Source: Candidatus Buchananbacteria bacterium
Lineage (GTDB): Bacteria > Patescibacteriota > Patescibacteriia > Buchananbacterales > UBA6539
Direction of reading: 5' to 3'
NCBI GenBank assembly: GCA_013359225.1
Contig: JABWCG010000003.1
Location: 48,783-112,782, forward strand
DNA: 64,000 bases
Each line of letters begins with the position of its first letter. Position 1 is the stretch's first letter. The translations under genes and the position numbers were made by a program. A model generated the notes under the pieces. That model was not told the DNA's origin. It did not search any database and saw only the letters and a list, made by a program, of their open reading frames with translations. Positions 17,902 through 26,850 of this stretch are shown here, piece after piece.

Positions 17902-18804
17902 TCACTGCAAAGGACCGACCACGGCGTCGGTTGAGCCGTGCAAACGGATATTCTCCTCGCGTGAAAGCCAAAATCCTCCCAAATAACGATACTTCATCGC
18001 CGTAACGTCAAAAGCAAAAAAGGCGCGTAACACCATCAGCCAGTCTTTGCCATTGCACAAAAACGGACACCTCATCGGTTCAATGAAATTCTGGCAATAC
18101 ATCAGGCCTTGGCGGTTCAACGTTTCGTGAATCTGGCTGCGGCTGGATGAACCGCGGTAGCGGCCCTTGCGCCAAATCATCACATCGCGACACGACATGC
18201 CTTGTCTCGGTTTGAGGACAAATCCCTGTTTCCATGGCAGTTGATCCGCTGTTTGCACCGGCGACCACAGCCCGACAGCCTGACCCCAGCAACGCAGATT
18301 ACGATTGGCGCATGGCGTAATCGAACGCGATGCAAACGTTGCAAGTGCCTGACTATTTTGAGCTGAACGGACCAACAGTAAATCCTGGCAAGAACCAAGT
18401 TCCAACAAACTCAATGGCTGGCCAAGCCAAACATGATCGTCTGACGCTTTGTCCAAAACCAACGACCGAACTCGCGGCCATGATGCCAAAACATCCTGTA
18501 GCTTAGTTGCGAAATCCTGGTTAACTCGGCAAGCCACGCCCAAACCGTCAGGTGCATCATCAACGCCAAAAATACTTACCCGACGAGTACTCTCGTCAAC
18601 ATGACCCAAATCAACCTTCACCAGCATACTGTGCGTGTTAAAAGCCTGGCTAACAAAAGTTTCTTCGGGCGTAAAATGGCGTTCCCATTTCGTTACCCAA
18701 TCATGACAGGCTGAAACTGCCCACGCGGGCAATTCAAAAATGCGCGGCAAGCTGGCAACCTGCCAACTTCCAATTGCAAGACACTGACAATCCAGATTAG
18801 ACAC
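17902..18804 (-). CDS. Hypothetical protein in a GC-rich singleton; weak resemblance to an ATP-grasp fold (GFVLKPRQGMSCRDVMIW)
   Basis: 300 aa, about 55% GC by eye against AT-rich flanks. It has its own flanking hairpins. No family confidently recognised. Confidence 0.35.
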   Translation of the reverse strand: MSNLDCQCLAIGSWQVASLPRIFELPAWAVSACHDWVTKWERHFTPEETFVSQAFNTHSMLVKVDLGHVDESTRRVSIFGVDDAPDGLGVACRVNQDFATKLQDVLASWPRVRSLVLDKASDDHVWLGQPLSLLELGSCQDLLLVRSAQNSQALATFASRSITPCANRNLRCWGQAVGLWSPVQTADQLPWKQGFVLKPRQGMSCRDVMIWRKGRYRGSSSRSQIHETLNRQGLMYCQNFIEPMRCPFLCNGKDWLMVLRAFFAFDVTAMKYRYLGGFWLSREENIRLHGSTDAVVGPLQ

Positions 18805-19051
18805 GGCACACTCCTTTGCTGCCTTTACGATTACTTTTCAAGGTTCATGACCAATAAACAAAAAATCTCTCCTGCGAGAGATTGTCATTAGTATTACTGA
18901 TTTCTTTCAACTACACAATCAACCCCTCGCGATTGGCGAGATCCTGGTCCTGATTCTGATTATCCTGCTTGCGGATTGTTGAAGTATAATTGTTCATGAA
19001 ACAATCATACCAGAAACAAAAAATATGTCAATGGCGTTATCGGCCGGCAAC

Positions 19052-19561
19052 TTACGGTTGGAGTAATATTCTGGCAACATTATATTGGACTTCCCCCAAA
19101 TATTCACAATCAACATCCAGCGTATGGGGCGCTGTCGTATTATATAATGTCACAATTTTATACTCATACCCCCAAAACCGGATTGCCTTACCATCAATTT
19201 TGATCTCCGTCGGCTCGCTTGATCGGTTATCCAACATCACTTTGGTACCATTCTTATATGTCACAGTATTAGGGTCAAGCATGCAATTATCCAATTGAAT
19301 TCGTCTTCCTATATAACTATCTCGTACTTCTTCATAACCTACCGGCTGCGAATTTTTTACTACTTCCGGTCCAAATCCAGCACCACCCTCATCTTTTGCC
19401 ACTTCGCTTTTCTGCAGATGGGTTTGTGATCCAAAAACCAAATTGTCCTGCCTGCTTTGAATCAACGAAACAATAAAATAAGTTGCCACCAAAACGACCA
19501 ATCCACCAATTGCTAACCAACTATAGAGGCTCTTTAATTCTTTATTCATATGCCTATACAT
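19052..19561 (-). CDS. Hypothetical membrane-anchored protein (N-terminal TM, extracytoplasmic domain)
   Basis: 169 aa. The hydrophobic helix LAIGGLVVLVATYFIVSL follows MNKELKS. Downstream of the sigma/anti-sigma pair. Confidence 0.4.
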   Translation of the reverse strand: MYRHMNKELKSLYSWLAIGGLVVLVATYFIVSLIQSRQDNLVFGSQTHLQKSEVAKDEGGAGFGPEVVKNSQPVGYEEVRDSYIGRRIQLDNCMLDPNTVTYKNGTKVMLDNRSSEPTEIKIDGKAIRFWGYEYKIVTLYNTTAPHTLDVDCEYLGEVQYNVARILLQP

Positions 19562-19570
19562 TATTAATAA

Positions 19571-20851
19571 TTAAAGAGTAAGTTCGTTTTCAACCTCAAT
19601 GTCAATTAAATCAGATTCAACCTCGGCATTTGTTTCAGCCTCCGACCGGGATCGTTCACGATCAGTATCTTTGTCCTCGGCGTCTCCACGGTCAGAGTCG
19701 TCAGCGTCAGGCGCTTTAATTTCGGTTTTAGTTCGAGTGTTAATCCGATTAGCAGCGTCAATCAGAGCGTCGATGTGAACGGGAAATTTTTCTTCTATTA
19801 CGGCTTTATCCTGAGATTTTTTGGCATCATCATTCTGATCATTTTTTCTATTACTATCGTTTTTCGAAGCATTAATTTTACCCTGCCAATCAATATCAAG
19901 CTGCTTGGCGCCATGCACGATGATTTGGGCTTCCTGCGCTAACCGAAGCGCTTCCTGAAATGTAATGAAAGCTTGATTATACTGTTTCAAATCCAGCTCA
20001 GCCTTCCCTTCGTTATATACCGACAAGGCGCTGTTAAGCTGGGCGCTAAGACGCGCGGCCACCGGCTCACTTAGAAAAGAATTTTTATCAACTATCTTTT
20101 TAACCTCAGCAATTTTATTTTCTGCGGCTTTCATCTTGTTTTTGGCGGCTATCTCAAAATCAGCCTCCGCCTTGGCGGAAATTTCTCCTTCGGCTTCAAC
20201 CCGACTTTCCGAGATCGCCTTAGTATCATCCAAAACGTCTAAAATAATTTCCGCCGCTCCATCATCTTTTTCGGATAAAGCAAGCAATATCTGGGCATGC
20301 CCGCGCAACACCGCCTCAAGCCGGGAATTCGCCGAGAAAGATTTCTCAGAGTCCTGGAATTTCTCGGCTAGCTGAGATGCCGTTTTTGTTTGAATGCTGA
20401 TATCATTTTTAACCGTTTCACTAATTGTTACGTCAAGACGATTTTTTACTTTTAATTTTTCCGCCTCTTCAAGCCGTCGGGCGACCTTATCGATTTCCCA
20501 TTCTACCTTTGATTCATCGGAAAAGTTGACCGCCGAACGAATTTTTTCATTTACCGAAATTTTTACCGGATACAATAAATCTCCCGGAACTGAATTCTCA
20601 GCCGCCAAAGAGGTGCCGCCGCTAACGGCAATAAATAAAGCAATTATCAAAGCTATTGGCATAAATTTTGTCTCCCTTAAGTTATTAATCAGCCCCCTTA
20701 AGGATATCAGACGGCCAGTCGGTTGGTTTCTTACGCCTGGCGTAGTCCGGACAAAATCTAACAATGCGGAGCGCATCGCCAATTTTTCAGCAACCGAAAG
20801 TTTTTCGGCTTGCTGCAGTTTTGCAATTTTTCTTATCTTTCTAATTATCAT
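19571..20851 (-). CDS. Putative anti-sigma factor, DUF5667-like (short cytoplasmic N-terminus, one TM, coiled-coil ectodomain, acidic C-terminal tail)
   Basis: 426 aa. Its start overlaps the stop of the ECF sigma gene. TM helix FMPIALIIALFIAVSGG. Long Ala/Glu/Lys-rich helical region. Architecture typical of CPR DUF5667 proteins. Confidence 0.55.
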   Translation of the reverse strand: MIIRKIRKIAKLQQAEKLSVAEKLAMRSALLDFVRTTPGVRNQPTGRLISLRGLINNLRETKFMPIALIIALFIAVSGGTSLAAENSVPGDLLYPVKISVNEKIRSAVNFSDESKVEWEIDKVARRLEEAEKLKVKNRLDVTISETVKNDISIQTKTASQLAEKFQDSEKSFSANSRLEAVLRGHAQILLALSEKDDGAAEIILDVLDDTKAISESRVEAEGEISAKAEADFEIAAKNKMKAAENKIAEVKKIVDKNSFLSEPVAARLSAQLNSALSVYNEGKAELDLKQYNQAFITFQEALRLAQEAQIIVHGAKQLDIDWQGKINASKNDSNRKNDQNDDAKKSQDKAVIEEKFPVHIDALIDAANRINTRTKTEIKAPDADDSDRGDAEDKDTDRERSRSEAETNAEVESDLIDIEVENELTL

Positions 20852-21344
20852 ACATGCCTTTTAATATTTTGATCGCTCGATGGATTCGCACTGAAACGAC
20901 GTTTGGTGAAAGGTTTAAAATTTTCGCAATCTCTTTGACCTGGAGCCCTTGAAGATATTTTAGTTCAAGTGGTTCAGACAACTCCTCATTTTTCTCCCTT
21001 AACTTCTGCAGTACGGCGCTGACATCAATCGCGTCATCAATATGTTCAGATTTACTGTCTTTAAAAACCGAATCTCCGGACACTTCTTGGATTTCTTCAA
21101 GCGAAGCTTCCTTTTTCCGACGCACATAATCAATAACCAGGTTGCGGGCAATCCGATACAGCACCGCTTTCGGGTAGGTTATATCCTGACCTTCCGCCAC
21201 CATACCCCAAAGCCGGCAAAACGACTCCTGAGACAATTCTTTGGCCAGTTCGCGCTCATAGATGCGAAAGTAACAAAATCTAAAGATAGCATCTGCATGC
21301 TTGTCATAAAAATCAACAAATTGTTTTTCGGTTGTTAGATGCAT
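20841..21344 (-). CDS. ECF-type RNA polymerase sigma-70 family factor
   Basis: 167 aa. Region 2 (FRFCYFRIYERELAKELSQESFCRLW, YRIARNLVIDYVRRKK) and region 4 helix-turn-helix (LKYLQGLQVKEIAKILNLSPNVVSVRIHRAIKILK). Confidence 0.85.
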   Translation of the reverse strand: MHLTTEKQFVDFYDKHADAIFRFCYFRIYERELAKELSQESFCRLWGMVAEGQDITYPKAVLYRIARNLVIDYVRRKKEASLEEIQEVSGDSVFKDSKSEHIDDAIDVSAVLQKLREKNEELSEPLELKYLQGLQVKEIAKILNLSPNVVSVRIHRAIKILKGMYDN

Positions 21345-21432
21345 GTGCAGGGCTTACATATAGTGACGTAAAGCAAGACTAAATCTTTCAAGAAGTATAT
21401 AAAATTATCCCTGAAATAGCTAATTTAGTCAA

Positions 21433-21463
21433 ACTAAAAAGCGCCCAAACTTTGGGCGCTTTG
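21433..21463 (-). terminator. Minus-strand terminator after the DsbB-like gene
   Basis: aaagcgcccaaactttgggcgcttt hairpin, flanked by A5 on the plus strand. Confidence 0.6.
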
Positions 21464-21477
21464 CCAACAATAAAAAG

Positions 21478-22011
21478 TTATTTGGAGAATTTACGAATCA
21501 ACATTAATAACAAGATGTAGCTAAAACCGGTTAGGGCCATCATCGGAATGGTTATATAGCCATAATTCATGACAAACGTTTTTGAACAACTCACTGAATA
21601 CCCAATTGCCGAACATGGCGCAAGCTCAATAACCGAAATCTGCCCTAAATATTGGTAGACTGCAATCATCGCACCAATCAACGACAGCATAATACTTTGA
21701 TCCACAACGGCTTCGTTCTTTTTCCACAACGCTAACCCAAGTGTAATAACTTGCGGATACATTACAATACGCTGATACCAACATAAGGTGCAAGGTTCAT
21801 AGCCGGCGATTTCTGAATAAAAAAGGCTGCCTAACGTTGACACCAGCGCCGTCAAAAAAGCCAACGGCAGACCCCAGCGGATGGCATAGCGAATTGCCAA
21901 ATTATCTTTCTTGGCAAAATATTTCATCGCCCAGGCAATCAAAATAACCGCAATGTCGATCTGAACCAATATCACCAAAATTGAAAGAATATTATTAGCG
22001 GTAGAAACCAT
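21478..22011 (-). CDS. Disulfide bond formation protein B family (DsbB/BdbC-like)
   Basis: 177 aa, four TM helices. The CTLCWYQR motif (CxxC pair) and a second Cys pair (APCSAIGYSVSC) match the DsbB family. Confidence 0.8.
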   Translation of the reverse strand: MVSTANNILSILVILVQIDIAVILIAWAMKYFAKKDNLAIRYAIRWGLPLAFLTALVSTLGSLFYSEIAGYEPCTLCWYQRIVMYPQVITLGLALWKKNEAVVDQSIMLSLIGAMIAVYQYLGQISVIELAPCSAIGYSVSCSKTFVMNYGYITIPMMALTGFSYILLLMLIRKFSK

Positions 22012-22098
22012 AAAATAAACTTAATAATAATGCTTATAGTATAGCGTTTAACAAAGCCAAATTCAAGACAACGCCGGCGTCATAATGGTATAATCAAA

Positions 22099-22935
22099 AT
22101 GCCACTAGGTATGAAACAAACCGTCATATCAACACTAATTACTTGCACACTAATCGTTGGTTGTACCAAACCGGCTGAGTTTTCAGTACCAGCTAATCAG
22201 AACCCGACCGAGGCCACTTCTACTTCCCAAGCCGAAATTGATTTTGAAACTATTGAAGTACGATTACCGATTCTTATTTACCATCATATTAGGGAATATC
22301 GCGACACCGATTCCGCAAACGACAAAACTTTTATTGTCAGCCCCGGCCGCTTACGCGAACAATTCCAATATCTCAAAGATAACAATTTTACCACAATCAC
22401 TTTTAAAAATCTGACTGATTATTTTAGCGGGCAGTTTAGTTTGCCGGAAAAACCCGTTATCATCAGTTTTGACGACGGCGTTATTAGCCAGTATGAAAAC
22501 GCTTTTCCTTTATTAAAAGAATTTAATTTTAATGCCACCTTTTTTATTTTTGCTAATCCGGTCGGTAAAAGTAAGAACTATATGTCCTGGGAACAATTAG
22601 CTGAACTTCGTGACCAAGGAATGGAAATTGGTTCACATGGCTGGTATCACCAGTACCTAACGCGCATCAACGCCGATGAATTAAACCGCGAACTGATTCA
22701 AAGCAAACAAACTCTTGAAACTAATTTAAAAATCAAAGTTGACGCTATTGCTTACCCCTTTGGTGATATTAATGAGGCAGTAACTGGTAAAATTAAAGAG
22801 GCTGGTTATCTGGCCGCTCGCGATATTGTTAACGGGGCTACTCACCAAAAAGCCGATTTGTTCAAACTCAAAGGCTATTTTATCACCAACGACTTCAATC
22901 GCTTTAAATCAATCGTTAATAAAGTAACTAATTAA
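22099..22935 (+). CDS. Polysaccharide deacetylase (NodB homology domain), predicted lipoprotein
   Basis: 278 aa. Lipobox LIVGC. NodB motifs ISFDDGV and GSHGWYH. Confidence 0.8.
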   Translation: MPLGMKQTVISTLITCTLIVGCTKPAEFSVPANQNPTEATSTSQAEIDFETIEVRLPILIYHHIREYRDTDSANDKTFIVSPGRLREQFQYLKDNNFTTITFKNLTDYFSGQFSLPEKPVIISFDDGVISQYENAFPLLKEFNFNATFFIFANPVGKSKNYMSWEQLAELRDQGMEIGSHGWYHQYLTRINADELNRELIQSKQTLETNLKIKVDAIAYPFGDINEAVTGKIKEAGYLAARDIVNGATHQKADLFKLKGYFITNDFNRFKSIVNKVTN

Positions 22936-22939
22936 AATC

Positions 22940-23470
22940 ATGGCCGAAAAAGAAATTGCCGTTTTTGGCGGAGGTTGCTTCTGGTGCACGGAAGCTATTT
23001 TTCAAAATCTCAAAGGTGTTACCAAAGTAGTCTCGGGTTACGCTGGAGGAAAAACTCCTAACCCAACTTACGAAAAATTACATTCGGCTAACACTGGGCA
23101 CGCTGAAGTGATTGAAATTGAATTTGATCCGAACATTATTAGCTATGAAAAATTATTGGAAGTCTTCTTCGCCACGCACAATCCAACCACTCCCAACCGC
23201 CAGGGTAACGATGTGGGCGAAGAGTATCGTTCAATCATTTTAACTACCACGCCAGAACAAGAGTCAACGGCTCTTAATTACATTAAAAAAATTAAATCCG
23301 AATTTAGCGGCCCAGTCATCACGGAAATTCAAACTCTTGATCAATTTTATCCGGCCGAAACATACCATCAGAATTATTACCAAACCAACGCCAATCAGCC
23401 GTACTGCCAAGTTGTGATTAGTCCTAAACTAAAAAAAATCAAAGAAAAATATCCCGAATTAATTAAATGA
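22940..23470 (+). CDS. msrA: Peptide methionine sulfoxide reductase MsrA
   Basis: 176 aa. GGGCFWCTEAIF active-site motif. Confidence 0.92.
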   Translation: MAEKEIAVFGGGCFWCTEAIFQNLKGVTKVVSGYAGGKTPNPTYEKLHSANTGHAEVIEIEFDPNIISYEKLLEVFFATHNPTTPNRQGNDVGEEYRSIILTTTPEQESTALNYIKKIKSEFSGPVITEIQTLDQFYPAETYHQNYYQTNANQPYCQVVISPKLKKIKEKYPELIK

Positions 23471-23471
23471 T

Positions 23472-23855
23472 ATGCCTAAAAAACAATTACCAACCCCGCC
23501 GAAAAAAGCCATTATCTACGAAGATGACAAGTTGTACGCCTGTTTAGCCAGCCGCCCGATCACTGTCGGACACGTTGTCGTGGTATGGAAAAAAGACGTT
23601 AATGATATCCATCTGCTTAACGATCGAGATTATAGTTATTTAATGGCGGCTGTCGATATTTTGCGTGATGCGATGTTAAAAGCGCTTAAAGTTAAAAAAA
23701 TCTACCTGATCTATATGGATGAGGTAAACCATGTTCACTGGCATTTAGTGCCCCGCTATAACGAAAAAGGTTATGACGTATTTTCACATAAACCAGCCGT
23801 CTTAAAAAATTTCTCGCTGACCGCCAAAATTAAAAAAGCAATCATCCTAAAATAA
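23472..23855 (+). CDS. HIT (histidine triad) family protein
   Basis: 127 aa. HVHWHLVPR histidine triad. Confidence 0.75.
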   Translation: MPKKQLPTPPKKAIIYEDDKLYACLASRPITVGHVVVVWKKDVNDIHLLNDRDYSYLMAAVDILRDAMLKALKVKKIYLIYMDEVNHVHWHLVPRYNEKGYDVFSHKPAVLKNFSLTAKIKKAIILK

Positions 23856-23861
23856 AAAGGG

Positions 23862-23895
23862 TTGAGTAAAACTTCACTCAACCCCCGAAGGATCG
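23862..23895 (-). terminator. Minus-strand terminator for the GC-rich gene 23916-24938
   Basis: gggttgagtaaaacttcactcaaccc hairpin, preceded on the plus strand by aaaataaaaa. Confidence 0.5.
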
Positions 23896-23915
23896 ACCAT
23901 GTGGCCGACAACATT

Positions 23916-24938
23916 TTAAGGAACAAGTCGCTCCAACTCGGCTGCCAGCAAACCGACCGACCGACCAAGTTCAGTCGGAATCAAAAACATGGCTTCTTGC
24001 TTCTGGCGAAGCCCGCTGTTGCCGCTGAATACGCTAAGCAGCGCTCGTTGCAGTTCTTCGTCATTGCGGCCAGACATAACATAGCCTTGTTCAATCGGCT
24101 CCCACATCTCTTGCCCGGTGATGACTTTCAGCCGTCCCAGCGCCAAACCGCTCGCGTAGGTCACGACTGGTTTGCGCAGAAAACCAGCCTGAATGCCGAT
24201 CGTGGAAAATGAGTCTACGATAACATCAGCGGCGGGAACGATGTCAGTTCCGGCCATAGTTTCTGGTAACACCAGTTGAATCTTGCCGCCCGACCAGGCC
24301 ACCAGCGGCTCGTACAACGCCACCGGATTTCGGTCGCCGGGGTGGAAGCTGTACACGATCTGGCAGTGCCAGTTGTGACGATGCACCAAATTGAGCACCG
24401 CTGAAACAAGCGCGATGTTAATCAGTAACTCTTTGGTGCCAACCACCAAAAGGACCCTGCCGTCATTAAGACCAAGCTGAGACCGGATTTCGGTCGCCGT
24501 AAATTTCGGAAACGCGAAACGCTCCCAAACCGGATTACCAGTCACTACAACGTTGACGCCAGGCAAGTGCTGTCTGGCTTTGGCCGCTTCATCCTCGTTC
24601 AGAACAAAAAAAACATCTGCTTGTCGCAGTTGGTCCTGCAGCCAGGTCCGGCGATGGCTGTTAAAGATGTCGGCGAAAAACCCAAACTTCTTGCCGGTTG
24701 CTTTCGCCAGATCAAAAGCGGTCAACTCCGGCGCGGCCAACTCTGGGGAAGACGACATCCCGCACAGCGTGATATCGCTACCTTCGACGGCTCCCTGCAA
24801 ATCGTTCAGGCTAGCAATCTGTTTACCGTAGCCCAAAAAGGTGTGTGTCTGCCAACCAACGGAACCTAAGTATTCCGCCAGTAGGCCAAGCGCTTCGGAG
24901 CCACCCATGTCGCGGGCGACCAGTGTGATACTTTTCAA
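23916..24938 (-). CDS. GT-B fold glycosyltransferase-like protein (MurG/GT28-like features) in a GC-rich singleton
   Basis: 340 aa. Two Rossmann-like halves. VVVTGNPVWERF resembles the MurG-family TGNPVR block. C-terminal TDIVPAADVIVDSFSTIGIQAGFLRKPVV resembles the GT-B donor-binding region. Family assignment is tentative. Confidence 0.35.
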   Translation of the reverse strand: MKSITLVARDMGGSEALGLLAEYLGSVGWQTHTFLGYGKQIASLNDLQGAVEGSDITLCGMSSSPELAAPELTAFDLAKATGKKFGFFADIFNSHRRTWLQDQLRQADVFFVLNEDEAAKARQHLPGVNVVVTGNPVWERFAFPKFTATEIRSQLGLNDGRVLLVVGTKELLINIALVSAVLNLVHRHNWHCQIVYSFHPGDRNPVALYEPLVAWSGGKIQLVLPETMAGTDIVPAADVIVDSFSTIGIQAGFLRKPVVTYASGLALGRLKVITGQEMWEPIEQGYVMSGRNDEELQRALLSVFSGNSGLRQKQEAMFLIPTELGRSVGLLAAELERLVP

Positions 24939-25033
24939 GGTTCATTTCTCCTTTGGTTCCAAGTTAGTTGTTCGTTTCCAAAATCTAAACCACAAAAGGA
25001 CTAATTAATATAACATAAATATCAAAAAAAGTC

Positions 25034-25070
25034 AATATAAAACAGCCCACGATCGCTCGTAGGCTGTTAT
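25034..25070. terminator. Bidirectional terminator hairpin between the GT-B-like gene and the SIMPL gene
   Basis: aacagcccacgatcgctcgtaggctgtt hairpin, flanked by A/T runs on both sides. Confidence 0.5.
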
Positions 25071-25093
25071 TTGTCTAGTAATTTAAGGTTGGT

Positions 25094-25852
25094 TTATTTA
25101 ACCCGATAGTTCACACCAACTTCAATAATAATTTCCTGCTGGCCGTTTGGTACTTGTCCAACCGCGCCACCAGCGCCCATGCCGCCTTTACCATCGTAGT
25201 AATACGGCTGACCGGTAATTGGCCCCTGGACAACATTATCCCACCAGCCAACAACCTTGCCAAGCTTAACATCAGCAGCCGTTGCTAAGGCACCAGCGCG
25301 ATTCTTGGCATCTTGGATAGCCATCAACCGAGCCTGTTGTTTAAGCACCTCAATATCCGACGCCTCAAAGGAAATGCCATCAACCTGATTCGCGCCAGCG
25401 GCGGTTGCCTTGGCGACCAAATCAGCAACTAAATTTGGCTGATCTTTTAAGTTGCGAACTTTAACAACCAACTGTTCGCTGGCAGTGTACCCTGATAAAA
25501 CCGACACGCCATCAATATAGTCATACTGCGGATACAATGAATAATTTTGAGTCTGAATATCAGCCTCCGGAATATTCAATTCTTTAACCGCTGTTAGAAC
25601 TTTATCAATGGAATTATTAACCTGGGTCAATGCACGTTCAGCGCTGATCGCTTTTTCAACCCGGACGCCTAAGTAGACTACGGCCGTATCCGGCTGATAG
25701 CTGACTTTACCCTGACCGGTTACCGTTACTGTCCATTGTGGCCAGTTAACAATCCGATCACGCAATAACGCCAGGCTGATAACACCTGTTAGTAAGATCA
25801 TCCCAACCAATAATAGCGCAAGTTTTTGTTTTGAATTATATTCGTTTGCCAT
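25094..25852 (-). CDS. SIMPL-domain (DUF541) periplasmic/secreted protein
   Basis: 252 aa. N-terminal TM/signal anchor. Sequence pattern typical of the SIMPL family (26-kDa periplasmic immunogenic protein-like); C-terminal region (…EIIIEVGVNYRV). Confidence 0.7.
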   Translation of the reverse strand: MANEYNSKQKLALLLVGMILLTGVISLALLRDRIVNWPQWTVTVTGQGKVSYQPDTAVVYLGVRVEKAISAERALTQVNNSIDKVLTAVKELNIPEADIQTQNYSLYPQYDYIDGVSVLSGYTASEQLVVKVRNLKDQPNLVADLVAKATAAGANQVDGISFEASDIEVLKQQARLMAIQDAKNRAGALATAADVKLGKVVGWWDNVVQGPITGQPYYYDGKGGMGAGGAVGQVPNGQQEIIIEVGVNYRVK

Positions 25853-26022
25853 ATATAAAAAGTTATATTATTATTTCGACCTTTTGGTCTATATGTATTA
25901 TAACGAAAAATCAGAAAAAAGGTTACAGGCCACCGACCCACAACTTATCCTCAACCACTCTTTTTTACTCATGGCCAGTTGTGATACAATATAACAAGCA
26001 CGTGAAAGGGGGTGAAATAGCA

Positions 26023-26283
26023 ATGAAAGTAGTACACATAGTCACTTTCCTTCTTCTGGTTATTGGAGGCTTAAATTGGCTGCTAGTCGGCTTAATCGGC
26101 TGGGATGTCGGGATGTTATTTGGTGGCCAAAGCGCTTTAATCTCCAGAATTATTTATATTCTAGTCGGTTTATCAGCCGTTGTTGAGATTGCCACTCATA
26201 AAAAAAATTGCAAAGTTTGCAACGAAAAAAAGGCAATGCCCGCTGACACTTCTGAAACTGTCCCTCCCATATCAAACGCCTAG
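26023..26283 (+). CDS. DUF378-domain small membrane protein
   Basis: Start taken at MKVVHIV, with SD sequence aagggggtg upstream. GGLNWLLVGLIGWD is the DUF378 signature. Two TM helices. Confidence 0.7.
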   Translation: MKVVHIVTFLLLVIGGLNWLLVGLIGWDVGMLFGGQSALISRIIYILVGLSAVVEIATHKKNCKVCNEKKAMPADTSETVPPISNA

Positions 26284-26373
26284 GCAAATTTACATTGCGT
26301 TTCAAGAAACCGCCCGGTAGGGGGTGGTTTTTTGTTTGACACTTTAAGACAAAAAGGGGATGATACACATAGT

Positions 26374-26847
26374 ATGAAAAAATTCGGGAAAATCATTTTA
26401 GCCATTCTCATTTGCCAGACTGCTGGCATTATTGGGTCATTTTTCACCACCCCAGCAATCCCTGGCTGGTATGCTAGTTTGCAAAAACCATTTTTCAATC
26501 CTCCGGGTTTTGTGTTCGGCCCAGTTTGGTTAACACTGTATACTATGATGGGAATTAGTCTGTATCTTGTCTGGGAACACCGCCAAAAACATCCACTAGC
26601 ACCAAACGCGATTATATTATTTTTAGTCCATCTGATTTTTAATGCCGCCTGGTCAGTTGTCTTCTTTGGCGCTCAACAAATCTTGCTGGCGCTTTTTATT
26701 ATTGTGCTTTTGGTCTGCATGATTAGTATCCTCACCTGGCAGTTTTGGCAAATCAAAAAACCAGCCGGCTATTTATTGATGCCATATCTAACTTGGGTGC
26801 TGTTTGCAACCATACTTAACTTTTCACTTTGGCTATTAAACAAGTAA
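26374..26847 (+). CDS. tspO: TspO/MBR family tryptophan-rich sensory protein
   Basis: Start taken at MKKFGKI. Five TM helices. Conserved YLLMPYLTWVLFATILNFSLWLLN C-terminus. Confidence 0.85.
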   Translation: MKKFGKIILAILICQTAGIIGSFFTTPAIPGWYASLQKPFFNPPGFVFGPVWLTLYTMMGISLYLVWEHRQKHPLAPNAIILFLVHLIFNAAWSVVFFGAQQILLALFIIVLLVCMISILTWQFWQIKKPAGYLLMPYLTWVLFATILNFSLWLLNK

Positions 26848-26850
26848 CTT

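Noticed and set aside
25831-26022. Long N-terminal extension of the DUF378 ORF
   Set aside because: The extension overlaps the divergent SIMPL gene start region and is low-complexity. A good SD sequence (aagggggtg) precedes the internal ATG at 26023, which yields a typical ~86-aa DUF378 protein.
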